The notes under the pieces were generated by a model. The model had not been told where the DNA came from. It did not search any database and saw only the letters and a program-made list of their open reading frames with translations. From Eledone cirrhosa (Eukaryota), in contig OZ024757.1 of NCBI GenBank assembly GCA_964016885.1, positions 9,796,001 to 9,860,000 of the forward strand: DNA of 64,000 nt, in the 5' to 3' direction. The position numbers and the translations under genes were made by a program. This document shows, in pieces, positions 61,480-64,000 of the stretch; the first letter of the stretch is position 1; each line of letters opens with the position of its first letter.

Positions 61480-64000
61480 GTTGTTATTCCTTGAATCTCA
61501 GTCATTGATGTTGGTTAACTGGAAAGTCCGTTGGATTGAATATCAAGCCACTACCTGCAGCCTCAGATATTCAGGACGTATCGGAGGGTTCTTGCTGTTC
61601 CAAGCAAGCATGCCTTTTGAAGCGTTCCAAAAAGCGTGAAGGGGCCGATTTTCTTTAACCATCCCTGGAAACTTTTGGAGATAGTCCCCAGTGCGCCTAT
61701 GACAATCGGGATCACTTTGACTTCATGGCAGTTCCAAATCCTTTTCACCTCCCACTTTAGGTCCTGGTATCGGTTAATTTTCTCCCTCTCCTTCTCTTGC
61801 ACTCTCGTGTCGAATGGGCAGGCCACATCTACAATCAGTCACGATCTTTTTTCTTTGTCCACAACCACCAGGTCAGGTCTATTGTGTTCTAGATTTTTGT
61901 CCGTCTGTATCCTAAAATCCCACAGCACCTTCACCTGATTGTTCTCCATCACCGCCTCTGGCCTATGCTCATACCATTTCTCAGAATGTGGTAAATTGTT
62001 TACTTTGCACAGGTGCCAGTGGATCACCCTGCCCATCACATCGTGTCTCCAGCCCTTATAGTGGGTCTGGGCTAGGTGTTTACACTCGGACACAATGTGA
62101 GCCACAGTCTCCTCTCTCTCTCCACAGATCCTGCACAATGGGCTAGCCTCCTCCTTGTAAATATGGTGCTTCAACCACTTCGTTTTGAGGGCTTGCTCCT
62201 GCGCAGCCATTAGCATTCCTTCTGTAGCCTTTTTGAGGTCTCCTCTTCTCAACCAGTTCCATGTCTGTGGATCTCTAAATTCAGTTTTCTCAAAGAAGGT
62301 ACTATGAAGGGATTTTCCCTTAAGGCTGCTCTTCCTCCTTGATGTTATTTCCTCCTTGGACATCACCTGGCCTACTGTCCCCTCCTTCAGTACAGTTCTG
62401 AGCATTGGCTCCTTACTATAGGTCACGTATTTGTATAGGTTGTTTTTCTCCATCTGAACACAGTCCTCTATGCTGATAAGACCTCTTCCACCCTCAGATC
62501 TCCTTAGGTAGAGTCTATCGACATCACTCCTCTTGTGGAACATGTTGTAGATAGTCAATAGCTTCCTAGTCTTCCTATCCATTTCTTTTTGTTCAGCAAC
62601 ATTCCATCTCAGAATTCCCGCACTGTACCTAATAATAGACACAGCTCGGGAATTTACTGCGCTTATGGCATTTCTGCTGTTCAGATGTGACTTCAATACG
62701 CTCCTTACTCTCCGAATGTATTCAGTTCTTAACAATTCCTTCATTTTTTTGTTCTTTATGCCATCAGCCTCCAGAACGCCCAAATACTTGTATCCTTCCT
62801 CAGAGTCAATTTCCTTTATCATCTCACCAGTTGGTATCTGGATCCCGTTACTTCTGCTCAACCTACCCCTCCTCATCACAATGACTTCACATTTACCAAT
62901 ACCAAACTGCATACATATATCACTGCTGAAAATACGGACAGTGTCAACAAGCACATCCAACTCCTTCTCACTTTTCCCGAAGAGCTTAAGATCGTCCATG
63001 AAGAGGAGGTGATTGATGGTAAGCTCTCCCCTTCCCAACCTGTATCCTGTTCTCACTTTTCGCAGCATAATGGTCAAGGGTATCAGGGCAAGGACAAACA
63101 ACAGAGGGGACAGGCTATCGCCCTGGAAGATACCTCTCTTGATCTTCACGCTTCCCAAGGATACTCCAGTTGATGTCAACTCTGTCTCCCAGGACCCCAT
63201 ACTCCTGCCTAGCAACTGTCTGATGTTATCTGCCACCCTGAAGATCTCCAGGCGTTTGGTGATCCAAGAATGAGGCACCATGTCAAATGCCTTTCTGTAG
63301 TCTATCCATCCCATGGCAAGATCAGTGTGTCTCCTCCTGCAATTCCCCATTACCATCTTATCAACAAGCAATTATTATTATTATTATTATTGTTGTTATT
63401 CCTTGAATCTCAGTCATTGATGTTGGTTAACTGGAAAGTCCGTTGGAATGAATATCAAGCCACTACCTGCAGCCTCAGATATTCAGGACGTATCGGAGGG
63501 TTCTTGCTGTTCCAAGCAAGCAAGCATGCCTTTTGAAGCGTTCCAAAAAGCGTGAAGGGGCCGATTTTCTTTAACCATCCCTGGAAACTTTTGGAGATAG
63601 TCCCCAGTGCGCCTATGACAATCGGGATCACTTTGACTTCATGGCAGTTCCAAATCCTTTTCATCTCCCACTTTAGGTCCTGGTATCGGTTAATTTTCTC
63701 CCTCTCCTTCTCTTGCACTCTCGTATCGAACGGGCAGGCCACATCCACAATCAGACACGATCTTTTTTCTTTGTCCACAACCACCAGGTCAGGTCTATTG
63801 TGTTACAGTTTTTTGTCCGTCTGTATCCTAAAATCCCACAGCACCTTCACCTGATTGTTCTCCATCACCGCCTCTGGTCTATGCTCATGCCATTTCTCAG
63901 AATGTGGTAAATTGTTTACTTTGCACAGGTGCCAGTGGATCACCCTGCCCATCACATCGTGTCTCCAGCCCTTATAGTGGGTCTGGGCTAGGTGTATACA
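60945..64000 (-). mobile_element. Tandem array of four 5'-truncated R4/Dong family B copies separated by (TAA)n
   Basis: Copies at ~60945-61186, ~61225-61415, ~61480-63370 and ~63390-window end. All end in ...GTARTLRYVLNI (or a close variant) plus the same 3' UTR. Confidence 0.92.
61839..63371 (-). CDS. R4/Dong RT plus CCHC zinc finger (5'-truncated, open 510 codons; stop just inside the RLE)
   Basis: [49 protein letters not shown] and RPD. Confidence 0.88.
   Translation of the reverse strand: MLVDKMVMGNCRRRHTDLAMGWIDYRKAFDMVPHSWITKRLEIFRVADNIRQLLGRSMGSWETELTSTGVSLGSVKIKRGIFQGDSLSPLLFVLALIPLTIMLRKVRTGYRLGRGELTINHLLFMDDLKLFGKSEKELDVLVDTVRIFSSDICMQFGIGKCEVIVMRRGRLSRSNGIQIPTGEMIKEIDSEEGYKYLGVLEADGIKNKKMKELLRTEYIRRVRSVLKSHLNSRNAISAVNSRAVSIIRYSAGILRWNVAEQKEMDRKTRKLLTIYNMFHKRSDVDRLYLRRSEGGRGLISIEDCVQMEKNNLYKYVTYSKEPMLRTVLKEGTVGQVMSKEEITSRRKSSLKGKSLHSTFFEKTEFRDPQTWNWLRRGDLKKATEGMLMAAQEQALKTKWLKHHIYKEEASPLCRICGEREETVAHIVSECKHLAQTHYKGWRHDVMGRVIHWHLCKVNNLPHSEKWYEHRPEAVMENNQVKVLWDFRIQTDKNLEHNRPDLVVVDKEKRS

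Overview
AT-rich, microsatellite-laden eukaryotic genomic DNA. The SINE, RTE and microsatellite landscape suggests a coleoid cephalopod such as Octopus; this is inference and the host cannot be proven from this window. There are no prokaryotic features. The only host gene found is the 3' part of a calponin/transgelin-family (myophilin/Mp20-like) gene on +, with exons 1061-1134, 16114-16318 and 17555-17737. It keeps canonical splice sites and reading frame but carries two in-frame TAA stops, so it is probably an unprocessed pseudogene. The rest is mostly mobile DNA sorted by microsatellite target. (i) (TA)n tracts hold Penelope-like (Hydra-type GIY-YIG) elements built as large fold-back inverted repeats (4967-8463, 17843-23900), each arm ending in a type I hammerhead ribozyme. 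Two tiny ORF-less fold-back elements (28154-28342, 36105-36525) carry hammerheads of other sequence families. (ii) From about 36.8 kb to the window end, a (TTA/TAA)n-anchored array of at least 27 kb contains two R4/Dong families (- strand), two full-length Tx1/L1-type elements and fragments, a CRE-clade fragment and a tRNA-derived SINE whose tail resembles the Tx1 tail. RTE LINE copies, SINEs with clear TSDs, MITEs, a 42-bp minisatellite and a candidate CCAAT promoter/first exon (about 26.0-26.15 kb) are also present. Most short ORFs in the supplied track are microsatellite or antisense artefacts. Element boundaries are read by eye and may be off by tens of bases.
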